Source of the DNA: the human T2T-CHM13v2.0 reference genome, Homo sapiens
Strand: one strand, 5' to 3'
Length of the DNA stretch: 64,000 bases
Assembly: GCF_009914755.1 (NCBI RefSeq)
Contig: NC_060944.1
Numbering within the stretch: the first letter of the stretch is position 1; the number at the start of each line of letters is the position of its first letter. The position numbers and the translations under genes were made by a program. This document shows positions 1 through 12,850 of the stretch, one piece after another. Below the pieces are notes generated by a model that saw only the letters and a program-made list of their open reading frames with translations, made no database searches and was not told where the DNA came from.

Positions 1-467
1 TTAAAACACAGATTCTGATTCAGTCGGTGGGGTGGGGGGTGTCCAGAATTCTGCATTTCAAACTCCAAGGTGATGCCAATCCTGCTGGTCTCCAGCAAGA
101 TTTACCCATGCCCACTGTCTCCACTGCCTCACACCCACCTCCAATGCCCACCTCCTTACCAGAACATCTCTGGCTTAATTCACTAATGGCCTCTATGTGA
201 CTAAATCCTCTGGACATTAGCAACTGACCCTCCTGCTCCTGGAAATAGTCTCTTCTCTGATCTGACATTGGATGGAAGCTCCATGAGACATCTGCTTCTA
301 CTGTAAATGGGCTGGCTAGAAACTTCCCAAAAGAAATGCCTGTCGATTCCACTTTCTGCACCCTCGCTGGGAGCTGACTCCCCGTCTCTGTCCTTTCTGA
401 GAGTCTCAGAGTGCTCTGGGTCACTCTGTCTGCTCTCTGTCCAAAAGTAGGAGAATGTCTTCATCTA

Positions 468-655
468 CAGCAGCAGCATCCAGCAGAACCCTCCACAATG
501 CCAGAGATATTCTATATCCACACTATCCCACATGGTTGCCACTAGGCACATGCAGCTCACGTGGCCAAGAAACTGAAATTTTTATTTTTACTTAAGCTTA
601 ATTAACTTAAAAGGCCACGCATGGCCAACAGCTGACATACAGGACAGCACAGATC
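468..655. mobile_element. MER3-like hAT DNA transposon relic
   Basis: Resembles MER3 motifs (atggttgccactaggcacatg, ggccacgcatggc, ggacagcacagat). Confidence 0.55.
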
Positions 656-759
656 TATGTGCACAACACCCCAGAAATGAGCTCATCGCATACCACATGT
701 TCCTCAGGACTATGGCAAACTTTAACAAGTCTGCAGTTATCCTGGAAGGTGGTAAACAT

Positions 760-1010
760 TAGTGGATGGAAAGCATGCCTGCCAGACTCAGATGACTTGA
801 GTACAAATCCTGCTTCTGATACTGAATGAGTGACTTTAACAAGTCACAACTTCAGTTGTCTTCATTGGTAATAATATGAATATAACCTCAGAATGTCTTC
901 CTAGGGGTAAGAGTAGTACTTATCTCATTGACTTTCTGGGAGTGTTAAATAAGTAAATGTATATAGAGTGCTTAGGTCAATGCCTAACATATAAATGCTC
1001 AATCAGTGCT
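760..1010 (+). mobile_element. MIR SINE
   Basis: MIR core: caaatcctgcttctgatact...gtgactttaacaagtcacaac...aaatgctcaat. Confidence 0.6.
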
Positions 1011-2471
1011 GTCTTGTCACGATTTTGATTAAGTCTCCAACCTGGTTTTGCAAAGAAGGGATTATTGTCTTACCATCTTCATTTTGCCAATATTAAAGAA
1101 AAAGGGGCCACACCAAGAACACACAGAAAACGAGGGCTTGAATATGGTCCTGCCCAGCTCGGAAGCAGCTGGCAGGTCAACCAGGGGCCGGATGTCCCAT
1201 TCGAAGCTGCAGTGACTGCCTCCCAGGGCGGCCTTCCCGGTGAGCTGGGCTGTGGGGCAGCTCCCACAGAGCTCACTATCTCCATATCCCCAGAAGTGGC
1301 TGGTGGGCCAGATGTAGCAATGCGGGCACCTGCCATGTTCAGTGCAGTTGTGGCCTGTGGTCTATCCTCAGGGGCCTGAAAAGGACTTGTAGCTCCCCTT
1401 CCCAGATCCTCAGGGCCTGCATAATACCCCTCTTCCACTCTACCCTACAGGGACAGGACACACCTCCCTTTCTACCCAATGTAGCCAACTGTGTGTTTCT
1501 AAATTCAGAGGAGATCCCAGCAAGATGCCACGTGCTTTTGAGATATCCTCATTGTCATTCCTTGCAGAAGGTACCCTACCCCAGGAAGCAGTCATGGGGA
1601 GCTAGCCACCCAAGGAGCCCACATGGGATGGGCAGATCAGAAGGCTGTGATTTGAAAGCCAAAGGCAGAATCCTTGCTCTCCTATCTGGACAGGGTAGGC
1701 AACTGGACTGGAGTGGGATTATCACTGGGCTTGGATCCAGAAGACTGGGACTCAAATCCTTGCTTTGATACTTCCTGTTTGATCTTAGTGAGTTCATATT
1801 ACCTCTCCGAGGCTGTCTCAATGAGTGAAAATAAGCTTGTATGTAGCAATGCATGACTTTTAAAGTATTTTCACAAGTGTGAATTGAATCATTTGTTCAT
1901 TCAGCAAATATTCATTGAACACCCACTGTGTGTTCTGTCCCTGGAGAGACAATGGTAGGCAAAGCAATAAAATCCTTGCCTTCAGAAAGCTCACTTTTTA
2001 ATCTAATCAGCTAAGTGTAATATTAACCACTGAGATCAATCTTATGAAGAAATATTACATAACAATGAAAATGCATCAACACCAGCTGTGTGGTTGTTTC
2101 AATTATTCTGTTTGCTCCCCTAATTCAGTCTCTGTCCTCCCTCATGCACCTGGAGGCCCAAATCTATTCACTGCATCTCTCAGCCCTCTTACCCTCTGGT
2201 GGCCAGTGGGGCTCAGCCAGTGAGAGGCTACAGCAGGAGGTAGAAGGTAAATTTAAAACAAAAACAAAGCTCAGGGCATTTCTTTCTTGTTTCCCTCCAC
2301 CATCCCCTACCCCAAAGTTCTTAGTTTTCATACTTAGTTTCTACCACTCCCTCCCCTGCCCCTTGAGACCTGGGAAGTAACAGCTCCCTGCTATTGTTTG
2401 TCCCTGGCTGCCTCCTCATTCCTCATTTGTTTCCTCAATTCTGCTCATATCCCTGTAAATAATCTCTTCAT

Positions 2472-2595
2472 GCCTAGACATGGTAACTCATGCTTGTAAT
2501 CCCAACACTTTGGGAGGCCAAGACAGGAGGATCACTTGAGGCCAGGAGCTCAAGGCTGCAGTGAGCTATCATCCTGCCATTACGCTCCAGCCTAG
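2472..2595 (+). mobile_element. Alu monomer (FLAM/FAM-like), 5' part; interrupted, with its 3' end and tail at 3071-3117
   Basis: ctcatgcttgtaatcccaacactttgggagg...gctgcagtgagctat...ctccagcctag; continuation cctaggtgacagagtgagactgtctcaaaaaaag at 3071. Confidence 0.8.
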
Positions 2596-2826
2596 CATAG
2601 CATCTTCCAATCTCTTCTTCTTTCTCTCTCTCTCCATTGCCACCTCTCCTCCTTTGACTCTGACCATCCCTGCCTCCCTCTTTTATACCCCTTGTGATTA
2701 CAGTGGGCCCAGATAAATCAGTATAATTTGCCCACCTCAAAATCCTTAACTCCATCATACCAGCAAAATCCCTTCTGCTATGTGAGAGAATACATTCATA
2801 GATTCTTGACAGCAGGATGTGGACAT

Positions 2827-2830
<4 letters not shown>
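2596..2830 (-). mobile_element. MLT1D-like MaLR LTR fragment (duplicated copy)
   Basis: tgactctgacc...cccttgtgattac...aatccttaac...gatgtggacatcttt; about 94% identical to 3703-3878 over the shared part. Confidence 0.75.

Positions 2831-2860
<30 letters not shown>
2831..2860. repeat. (TG)15 microsatellite at the Alu tail position
   Basis: Perfect TG run directly visible. Confidence 0.95.
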
Positions 2861-3073
<213 letters not shown>

Positions 3074-3467
3074 AGGTGACAGAGTGAGACTGTCTCAAAA
3101 AAAGAAAGAAAAAAAAACCTTCCTCAATAAACTCTAACTAGAAACAAACATGCTGTAAAGGAAAGAGCAGGTGCCTTGAGAATGTTTAATGACAGGCTCA
3201 TTTCATCTAGGCAGGGAGATTTATCATCTCAGGTGGGATTGGAAGAATGTATATGAGGTAGACAAACACTTGTACAATAGTATTAAAATCCTCCACTTTA
3301 CAAATGAGAAAAGTGAGGTTCAGAGAAGGGAAGGGTGGCCAAGGTTATGCAAATCCAGTCTTGTTTGTGCATGCAAAGCAGCTCACTGTGACATTTGCCT
3401 TCCAAGTCCTAGGGACTTTTATTACTTTCCTATTGCTGCAGTAGCAAAGTTCCACAAACTTGGTGAT

Positions 3468-3696
3468 TTAAAAAGTCAAGAAACAACAGATGCTGGCGAG
3501 GTTGCGCAGAAATAGAAACACTTTTACACTGTTGGTGGGAATGTAAATTAGTTCAACCATTGTGGGAGACAGTGTTGCAATTCCTCAAAGATTTAGAACC
3601 AGAAATACCATTTGACCCAGCAATCCCATTACTGGGTATATACCCAAATTAATATACATCATTCTATTACAAAGATACATGCACGTGTGTGTTCAC
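3468..3696 (+). mobile_element. L1 (L1PA/L1PB-type) internal fragment from the 3' end of ORF2, no poly(A)
   Basis: Translates KKSRNNRCWRGCAEIETLLHCWWECKLVQPLW...PFDPAIPLLGIYP, the L1 ORF2 cysteine-rich C-terminus. Confidence 0.9.
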
Positions 3697-3875
3697 AAAC
3701 TCTGACTCTGACCATCCCTCCCTCCCTCTTTTATGCCCCTTTTGATTACGGTGGGCCCAGATAAATTGGTATAATTTGCCCACCTCAAAATCCTTAACTC
3801 CATCATACCAGCAAAATCCCTTCTGCTATGTGAGAGAATACATTCATAGATTCTGGACAGTAGAATGTGGGCATC

Positions 3876-4200
<325 letters not shown>

Positions 4201-6018
4201 TGGATGTGGGCATCTTTAAGGGGTCCATTATTCTGCTACTACAGGGGCCTACGGCCATGGAGTGGATGGTAACTTGCCCATCATAAAGACTAGGTCCTAT
4301 TGCTGAGGTGTTACCTGCAGCAATGTTGCCTACGGGCAGCCACAAACAAAACCAGGATTCTGAGGCCAGATGGCCTTTGGCAAAAGGGGCTGGTCCAGCC
4401 TACTGTCAGCTTTGTGACCCTGAGTGAGACACATAACCTTTGTAAGCTTCACTTTACCATTTGCAAAATGGGAACACTATCTGGTCCCCATGCTGAGAAG
4501 ACACGAGCTGGTGTGTCAAGAACTCACCACACAGTAGGGCCTCGGGCTCTTCCATCTCTCTTGTCCTCCTCCTGCCTTCCATTCTCTAGATGCACACACA
4601 CGTGCAGCTCACGTTCAGTCCCTCAGCAGATGCTATCACTATACTTTGGAGACTGATGAGCTGTTACTAATGGGATTTTTGTGTGTGAGCAGGGAGAGGC
4701 AGTGGGAGAATAGAAGAGCTTCAGTACCTCATTCATCCTGCTGAGATTTTGACACAGACACAGATCTTAAGAGAATTAGGCAAAGAAGCAGACATGCTAT
4801 GAATAAATGTCAGTGCCCCTCACAAAAGGTTACCTCCCAAGGCCTCACTTTTTGCCTGCCAATACTCTGAGGTACCAGAGTATCTCTGATCACGACGCCC
4901 ATCTTTTTAACATCTTTTGAAGACTGCCCTGCTGCTGACAGGACAGAGAGAGGCCTCCATTGTGGGGAACCTCAGATGGCCTTGTGCCTGTCTCCTGACT
5001 GCTCTTCTCATTTGGGCCTCCATCCCCCCCGTTCCAATGCAAGCAAAAAAAGAGGGTATGTCCCAAATTTGATATCCTCTTAGATATCTAATCCTATGTA
5101 AGACCTGTTACTTGACATCTTTCGGTGAAGCTTCTTCAGTTGTAAAATGGGTCACTGTGAGGCCAAATAAGATCACAGTTGGAACACACCAAGAACACTG
5201 CCAAGATACAATAGCTAGCAGAGATTTCATTAACATAACACTTACAGTGTGCCAGGTGTTCGATAAGGTTTGGATGCCCTCCTTTATCACACTGTCTAAT
5301 AACTGACATCTTTCTCAGGAGACTGTGGACCATGGGAGGGTACAGAGGTGTCACTTATGTGTATGTGTGTGTGTCCGTGAGTGCCTAGAGCATTGCAGGT
5401 ATCCAGTGAATGCTTGCAGGAAAGCAAATGGAAGAACAAGTAAGAAAAGGACAACTGGTATGCCCACCAATGTTCAATTCAGTAGAAAGTTTTCTTCTGG
5501 AGACTCCAGGGACTGTTATTTTCCCTGGTCTACTAGGTGTTCCTGCTACCATACTGCAGCCTCAATGACTGATCTTACTAATGACACATTTGACCTTGTT
5601 ACTTTTGTGTTTAAAACCTTTTAATGGTCTCCAGGTACAAGTCCAACGTTCTTAGCTTGGTCAAATCAGACCCTCCTGATCTGGCTCTACTGGATTGTAT
5701 CTCTCTTGCTGCATCTCCAACCACCCTTCTTCTTGAATTTTGTGCATGAGCAGCACCAAACTTGGCACCATCCTCCAAATACCACTGTATCTTTCCTCAC
5801 ATTGTGCCTCCATCCAGAGGCTCTCTTCCTTCTCAAAACCCACAATTATCTCTCTAGAGCTGGCTCCAGACGACCTTCCAGGGCAACTTGCAGCACCCTT
5901 GAAAAGAATTATTGCCCATTATGTTTGCTCTCACTTCACTAACAGCTGTAAATACCTTTACCATGCATCAGTATTTGGGCAGATTCTGTGCCACACAACT
6001 GTCATACCTTATCTCTAA

Positions 6019-6200
6019 GCCAGTGCCTCTCAAATTTTTCCCAGGCATTCTAATGCCCCGAAGGACTTTAAAGACAGATTCCTAAACCCCACCCTCAGAT
6101 TCTGCTTCAATAGGTCTGGGGTGGGGCCGGAGAATTTACATTTCTGATAAGTTTCTATCACTGCTGCTGCTGCTCCATGATCACACTTTGAGTAGCAGTG
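6019..6200. mobile_element. MER5-family DNA transposon
   Basis: cagtgcctctcaaa...taggtctggggtggggcc...cacactttgagtagcagtg. Confidence 0.75.
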
Positions 6201-8461
6201 CCTCACTTGTGAGCAAAATTACATTATCATCTTGCAAGGGGGGAGAGGTAAGGACTTGCCATAGGCTAAATGATCCAGTGGTGAGGCTAGATTTTGAAAC
6301 CCAGTCTCTGAAGCCACAGCCTGGCTCCTTTACTCAGCAACAGCACTAAGAGCATCCAACATTGACTAGCAGTTACCTCTAGTTCATTCCACCAAGCACA
6401 CATATACAGTATCTCATTTAATCCTCAGAATCTTCTAAGGTAAAGCCATTGTTCCTACACGACAGCTGATGAGGAAACAGGGGCAGAAAAGGTATCGCAG
6501 CCAAAGTCACACGGAACTGAGCGAAGGGACAATGACCACGGGCCCATGCGCTAACAATGACCATTTTCTAAATGTGACGTTGCTCACCCTTCATTGCAAT
6601 TCTTGGTTTACACACCAAGTCTTTCTGGCCAGGCCACGAGCACCTTTGAAGTTAGGGGAAATCATCTCATTTAACTTCACATCCTAGCCACTGGCAAAAT
6701 GCAAGCAATTAGCAGGTACCTACATATGTTTAATGAATGAATATGTAAGACTGAAAGAGTGAACAAAGAACAGGAAAATAACCACATTCTTAGCCACTTG
6801 ACAAGTAGATTGACCTTCTCTCTATAAATGATGTGACTCAACTCACAGAACAATCCATAGAGGGGCTTCGAGGAGGTGAGTTTGTCTTCAAATTAAAAAA
6901 AAAGGAGCAAAACAACAATAACAACAACAAAAAACACTTCATCTCCAGAAGCTGTAGGTTGACACTGAAAGAAGGCTCTGGAACCAGGCAAAAGACCTCA
7001 GGTTTGGCAAAATGAGGCTCCCACCCTGAACTAAAAATGCTTCTCTTGTTTCCCTTTTAGCTAATTTCTCTCCTTTCTGAGTCTACCCAGGGGGGTCGGT
7101 CTAGCGGATGCTATTAAAACCCACAGCTGCAAAAGGGGAGAAAAAAACAGAGGAAATTTTCTGTTGCTTGTAATCAAGGGTAAAAATAAAAGAAGCACAA
7201 TGAAAATTAAGGAAAATAAACAGTGATCAAGGCTTTTCTTTTCCACTTGCCCGTGGAGTCCTGCTGTGTGTCCAACAATAGGGGAAGAACAGGACTGAGA
7301 TGTGGGATTCCGTCAGCTCTCGCTGCATGCAAGGACAGAAAGATGCCTACAACAAGCCAGAGTTACGGGACTGGGGTGACATGACTCTCACAATCTCCTT
7401 CTCCCACGTGAAAGGTGAGGCCATGGCTATATAACGAGAAAGCTGGGAAGACAGTACAGGCAGAGGAAAGGAGTGATCCAGGAATGAATGCAGCTTGGTC
7501 CCTGGCTGTGAGACACAGGATTGCACTCAGATGTACCCTTCAAGGTATCCATCCATTCAGATCTCTTGGGGAGTGGGCTTGGACTTGACTGGAGGCTCTC
7601 CCATGAAATCATAGATAACCTGATTTCCCCATGGCTACCTCTTCTCTTCTCAAGATTTTGTGCTACACTCAGGATTCCAGCATCTGGGTTCTAAGCTGAG
7701 ATTTGGCCTGGACTTCCCTTGGCCAGGCTGAATTGACCACAGCTTCCAATGAAGCCAACAAGGATGATAACCTCTGCCATATGCCACGCACTGTGCTATG
7801 AGCCCAGCATACAATTCCTAGTCCTCCCAAAAGCTCTCTGATGCAGGTAGATTTGCCCTAATTTTACAAATGAGAAAGGCTCAAAATGAAAGTATGACAC
7901 CAAACACATGAATCCATGTCTGTGTCCTTAATGTTGACAAAGAGAAAACCTGACTTACTACCCAACGTCATTCTTCTAGAAAATGGCAGAACATAGAACC
8001 TTATTCTGGTCTGACTGACCTGGAGCCCACACATTCCATATTTCTCCAGGAGGGTGCTCTGATAGATGGTAGAAGTTGGGCTTCCAGACTCACTGCTAGA
8101 AATAAGACCACCAAAAGGGAAGAATCATGGCATGGGTAGGAAGTGAATTGAATAGCTGACTTCAGACATAGCTGATCAGCCATGGGACACAAAAGCAGAA
8201 AGCAATAAGAGAGAGGCACTGGAGGCCTGGGAAAGTGTTAGAAGCAAGAAGGATAAAGAATAGAGGGAAAATTGGACTCGAGGTAGCCAAGAGACTTTCT
8301 CATTTTCACCCATAACAGATAGAGGATAGAGCAAAGGGAATTGGAAGAGAGGAACAGAGCAGTTCAGGGTGTGTGGTTACCTTGCAGTCAATGTCTGAGG
8401 AAGATCAGAAATTCTCAGGGAACCAAATGCTGTCAGTTCTGGTTCACTTTGTGGTAAACAC

Positions 8462-8851
8462 TGTGTAGTTCTGCTGCTGGAAGCACCCCTACCCTATCAA
8501 TGCTGAATGCTCACAGCTTCATCCTTCCCTGGGAACTCTCTCAGCCAAGATCATGTTTGCTTTCTTGGAGGTGAGAGGACATGGCTGATGACTGATTGGT
8601 TTGAGAATAAAAAAGTCTGGTCCTCTAACCTCAGTTTGGGGGCAATTCTAAAGGAGCATCCCAGCTCCTGGGTTCTCCCACAGGGTTGACTGATCCCTCG
8701 GTTGTAACTACATCATGAGTCAGCTTCTCCCTCTGCCCAGCCCAGCCTCCCCCACTTCTTTACAGGTGGGTGTCCATACAGCTTTCCCAAATAAATCTTC
8801 TGCACCCAATCTCTGTCTCAGATTTTGTTTCTAGGGAACCCAACCTAAGAT
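8462..8851 (+). mobile_element. LTR16-like ERVL solo LTR
   Basis: 3' end aataaatcttctgcacccaatctctgtctcag...ctagggaacccaacctaaga. Confidence 0.65.
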
Positions 8852-9529
8852 ACTCCCTGTACCTCTGTGCCCCCCACCACCCTTCAAGTAATCTTGAGAG
8901 AAGACCTACAGAATGGAAGGGAGGGGTGCAGGTAAAAGGTGAAGCAAGAACATCTTCACCTAGCCTGCAAACACAGCCTCCCCTTGTGCAACCAGATTCC
9001 TCTATGGTTCCACGAGCCAGCTGCAAGATTTCCACCCTGGTTCTGGCACCAGACGTTCAGCGCAGTCTAATTGCACCAAATTTTATTTGAGTCTTCGCTG
9101 GGGCTGTCACTTCATCCAATTAAGTGGAGGTTACAGAAGGATCCACTTGTCATTACAGCAATTCCTCCTTGTGCTAAATGCTTCCAGAATCTTAATTACC
9201 GAGCAGGCAAGATCAGAAAAGATGGCTCCAGTGGAGATGGTAGTATTTCTCTTTCACAAACACAGGCAGGCCCCCGAGCCTGACATGCACTACCCATGTA
9301 CAGCCGCTACATAAATTAGACAGGCCTAAATAAGTCAGGCTAGAGACAGGAATGGAAACAGAATGCAGATGAGGCTCACCACCAGGCCCAGCACTGTGTG
9401 AAGGTTGTGCGTCCACATTGCTTGGGCAGCATGGTACAGCAGAAAAACTATGGAGCTAACAGCTAGGAGACATGCACCCTGTGCTCTGCTCTTTGACTGG
9501 TGCTGGGATGTCCAGCAAGCCCCTTTCCC

Positions 9530-10255
9530 TCCCCTGTGGCCTCTAAGGTCTTAAGTGATTTGATTCCTGATTATCCAGCCTCCACTCCCACTACTCACCC
9601 ATCTATCCCAGCCACATCAACCACCCTCAGTCCTTTCAACATGCCACACTCATTCCTACCTCTAGAGTTTCCCACTCACTGATCCCTTTCCCCATAAAGG
9701 TCATCTTCCTACTCTTTAAATGGCTGACATCTTCTCATTCTCCAGGTTTTAAACCAAATGTCTCTTCCTCCAAGAAGCTTCTCTTGTCCACTTACCGAAG
9801 GGAGCCCCCTACTTACTTTCTGTCGTGATGCTCTATTTGATCCCAACAAAGTCTCAATCACAATTTGTAATTCTATATTGTTCCATTAACTCTTTCAAAG
9901 TCCATCTCTCCCTGTAGAATAGTGATGCCCAATATGGTAGCCACCAGCTATGTCCATGTGCGGCTATTTAAACTTTTCTAAAAAAAAATAAATAAAATTT
10001 AAAATTCCATTCCTCAGCCATGATAACCACATTTCAAGTGTTTGATAGCCATAAGTGGCTACTGAGCCAGAGATGCCAGACAGCACAGATACAGAACATT
10101 CCAATCACAGCAGAAAGCTCTATTAGGCAGCTCTGGTCTATAGTATGTGCTTGATCAGTTTCATTGACCCTTGAATCGAATCTCTGGATACCTATCCATA
10201 GTGCCTGGGTATATACTACTCACGCAATAAATATGTGAGTAAATGAATTAACAAG
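9530..10255 (+). mobile_element. L2 3' fragment interrupted by MER3 (about 9920-10136)
   Basis: Pyrimidine-rich L2 motifs ending atagtgcctgg...caataaatatgtgagtaaatgaat; MER3 motifs ccaatatggtagccaccagc, ccacatttcaagtg. Confidence 0.65.
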
Positions 10256-12458
10256 TGAACAATGCATATTTTAAATAGAGATATGTTTGGCAGAGCCAAG
10301 AAGGAATGTTCATTTCTGCTTGGGGAAGCTGTAGAAGTCTTCACAGAGAGGATGACATCTAACATGAGCTTTGAAGGATGACTGCGAGAAGAAGGTGAAG
10401 GGGCAGGCATAGAACAAAGAAAACCACAGAGGTAAAAGCATCAAATGATGAAAGATCGTGCTGTTTCATGCTTAGAGGTTTGGCAAGTTTCTTGTTGCAA
10501 GTTTCTTGCTGCAAAGTTGATTAGAACTCAGGTTTCCTTTCATTGAAAGTCCGATGCTTGGGGGCTCAACAGCTGAAATATTTGCCTCAGGGCCCAGAAC
10601 TTAAACGTGGTGGTAAAGTATTATCTCTGAAAAGAAGGAAAAATGTACTGATTTTTAAAATTCAAGGTGAAAAGGGAATGCAGATGTTCATATTTTAATA
10701 CACTACAAAAGATCCCTGGATACTTATCTCCTGGCCTACATCTTCCTTGTTTTTGTATTGCAGACATACTTTAGCATACACAGGTTGTATAGAAGACAAA
10801 GTACCAGTTTTAGGATGAATAAATGGGAACACTGATATCTCGAGAGGCCTTCTCAGCATGGAAACACAATGATGCAACCTCATGTGGAAATAAAGGTGCT
10901 TTACTTCCACCCTCACTTACTTCAATACGCTGGCACATGCTTGCTTTCAAGCAACTCCCTCTCTAGACATGGGGTTTAACCACCTGCCCTGCAGATGACG
11001 TGTACATTCTGACATCTGCATGGAAACAAGGTAACTCAGTCTTAGAAAGCCAGGAGGGTGGCCAAGATCACAGCGGGAGGATGGAGCAAATCCTTGGGTT
11101 TATGTCCCTTTAGACGAGGGGGGTTCACTCTCTTCTGAAACACGGGCTCATTTATACAAGCAAACAGATCAGAACACATTACAGGAAGGAATTCCCACGG
11201 CATGCGCTGCTCTTTGCTTTGCCTTGTGAAGATAAAAGGAGGAAGAAACAAAAGACTTAGAGAGCAGAGCTGGTATGAACCATGAAGCTGCTCTACATTA
11301 ATCATCTCCATCGCCCCCACTTCCTGCTGCCCTTCTCGACATAGGCCCTGGGTCTTTTGCTGGGAAAAGGCAGGTCGAACTGGAGCTGGCTGGGGAGCTC
11401 ATTAGCACCTCGCCAGAGCCGAGGGCTGCCTGCCTTCCAGGAGGCATTTTGAACTCTCCCTTCAGTTACTTCCTTGCAATCAATATGCTGCTTTTGCAGT
11501 TGCTCCATCCACTGCCCTTGCAGCCATCGGAGGCTACAGGCTTCTAAGAAGAACTGTTGGGGTTTATCAACATACACATCTTCACTTCACAGGAAGCAGC
11601 ATTCCATGGTTTGCACATTGGTCCTCTGGGCTCATAACACAGCAGGGTCCAGATCTGGGGAGAAGCAGGCACGAGGGATGTACTGGGAGTAGGGAGGAAG
11701 GCCTTGGCCAGGTGCTCTGGCAATGTGGGCAGGAAAAGGCCTTGGTGGCAATGGGTGTTGCATGAGGAGGTCCTATGGTCAGCTCAGGCAAAGGCCCAGG
11801 AGTCTCAACTGGGAAGCAGACCCTGAAGCCATGTCTCCCAATTCAGACCTAGGGGCCCTGAAACGCTGTGTCTGAGATGCTTTTCCCTTACTGATTCCTG
11901 TAATGCCTGAGCCAGCTTGTAGCTGTCATGCATATGGCCACTAGGGACCAGGAGAATTTGAGTTCTACATGTGGCCTGGTTGGCCCCATCCCTCTGGGAG
12001 GTCATCACTACAGCTGAGCCACAAGATCCTGGGACTGGGATCCTCATAGACCTCTGGGACAGTAGGTTCTGGGGAGTGACATTGACTCCAACCCTGCAGG
12101 TGTAGCCTTCCAGAAGCCAGTTCCTCTCTGTAAAATAAAGGCATATAAAGGACCACTCTTAGCCCTTCCAATCACCAGCAGGGACCCAAGAGAGAGTCCC
12201 TCTAGCCCTGAGAGTCTCCAATAGCATCATCCTTCTTATCCAAATCCAATAAAGCAATGCTGTTCTTCAAGGCCCACTGACCACAACCTAATGGAGAGCT
12301 GAGGCTGCCAGATACCAAGACTTAGCATTATAGAAGGGCAGAGCTTGGCAGGATCCCAGGGGAAAAGAATTAGCACAACCTCATACAAAATGGAGTAATA
12401 ATACACCTACCTCAGAAAATCTGCTGTGAGAATTACCTAGATCATCTCTTTAAAGCAC

Positions 12459-12850
12459 TGTATTACTTAGCTTTTTCTTAGTGACAAACAACCCCGAATC
12501 TTGATGTACGCAGATACTTGTTTCTTGTTCTCAGTTAGCTCCAGGCTGTGTTTGAATCTATTCCCTATGCCTCTCATTCCAGGAACTAGTCTGAAGGAGC
12601 TGTTGCTGCCAGGGGCAGGTTCTTCCAGTGACGGATGGCAGCAGGCAACAGAGCAAGCAGGGACACATGATACCTCCTGAAATCTCTCCTGGGAACTGGC
12701 ACACCATCCCTTCTGCCCACATTCTACGGTTCAAACCAAGCCACATGGCCAAGCTCAAGGTCAATGGGGCTTTGTCAAAGCCAATCAGGAAGTGTACTCT
12801 GCCCATGGGGAGGGATCATGAAGAGTGAATCTTTGCAGAAAAACCACACA
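12459..12850 (-). mobile_element. Old MLT1 (J/K-like) LTR inserted in a MIR
   Basis: tgtattacttagc...caagccacatggccaagctcaaggtcaatggg. Confidence 0.55.

Noticed and set aside
1065-1438. Overlapping 104-aa and 119-aa ORFs on opposite strands in a GC-richer patch
   Set aside because: Non-ATG starts, no recognisable domain or convincing splice structure; expected by chance in GC-rich DNA.
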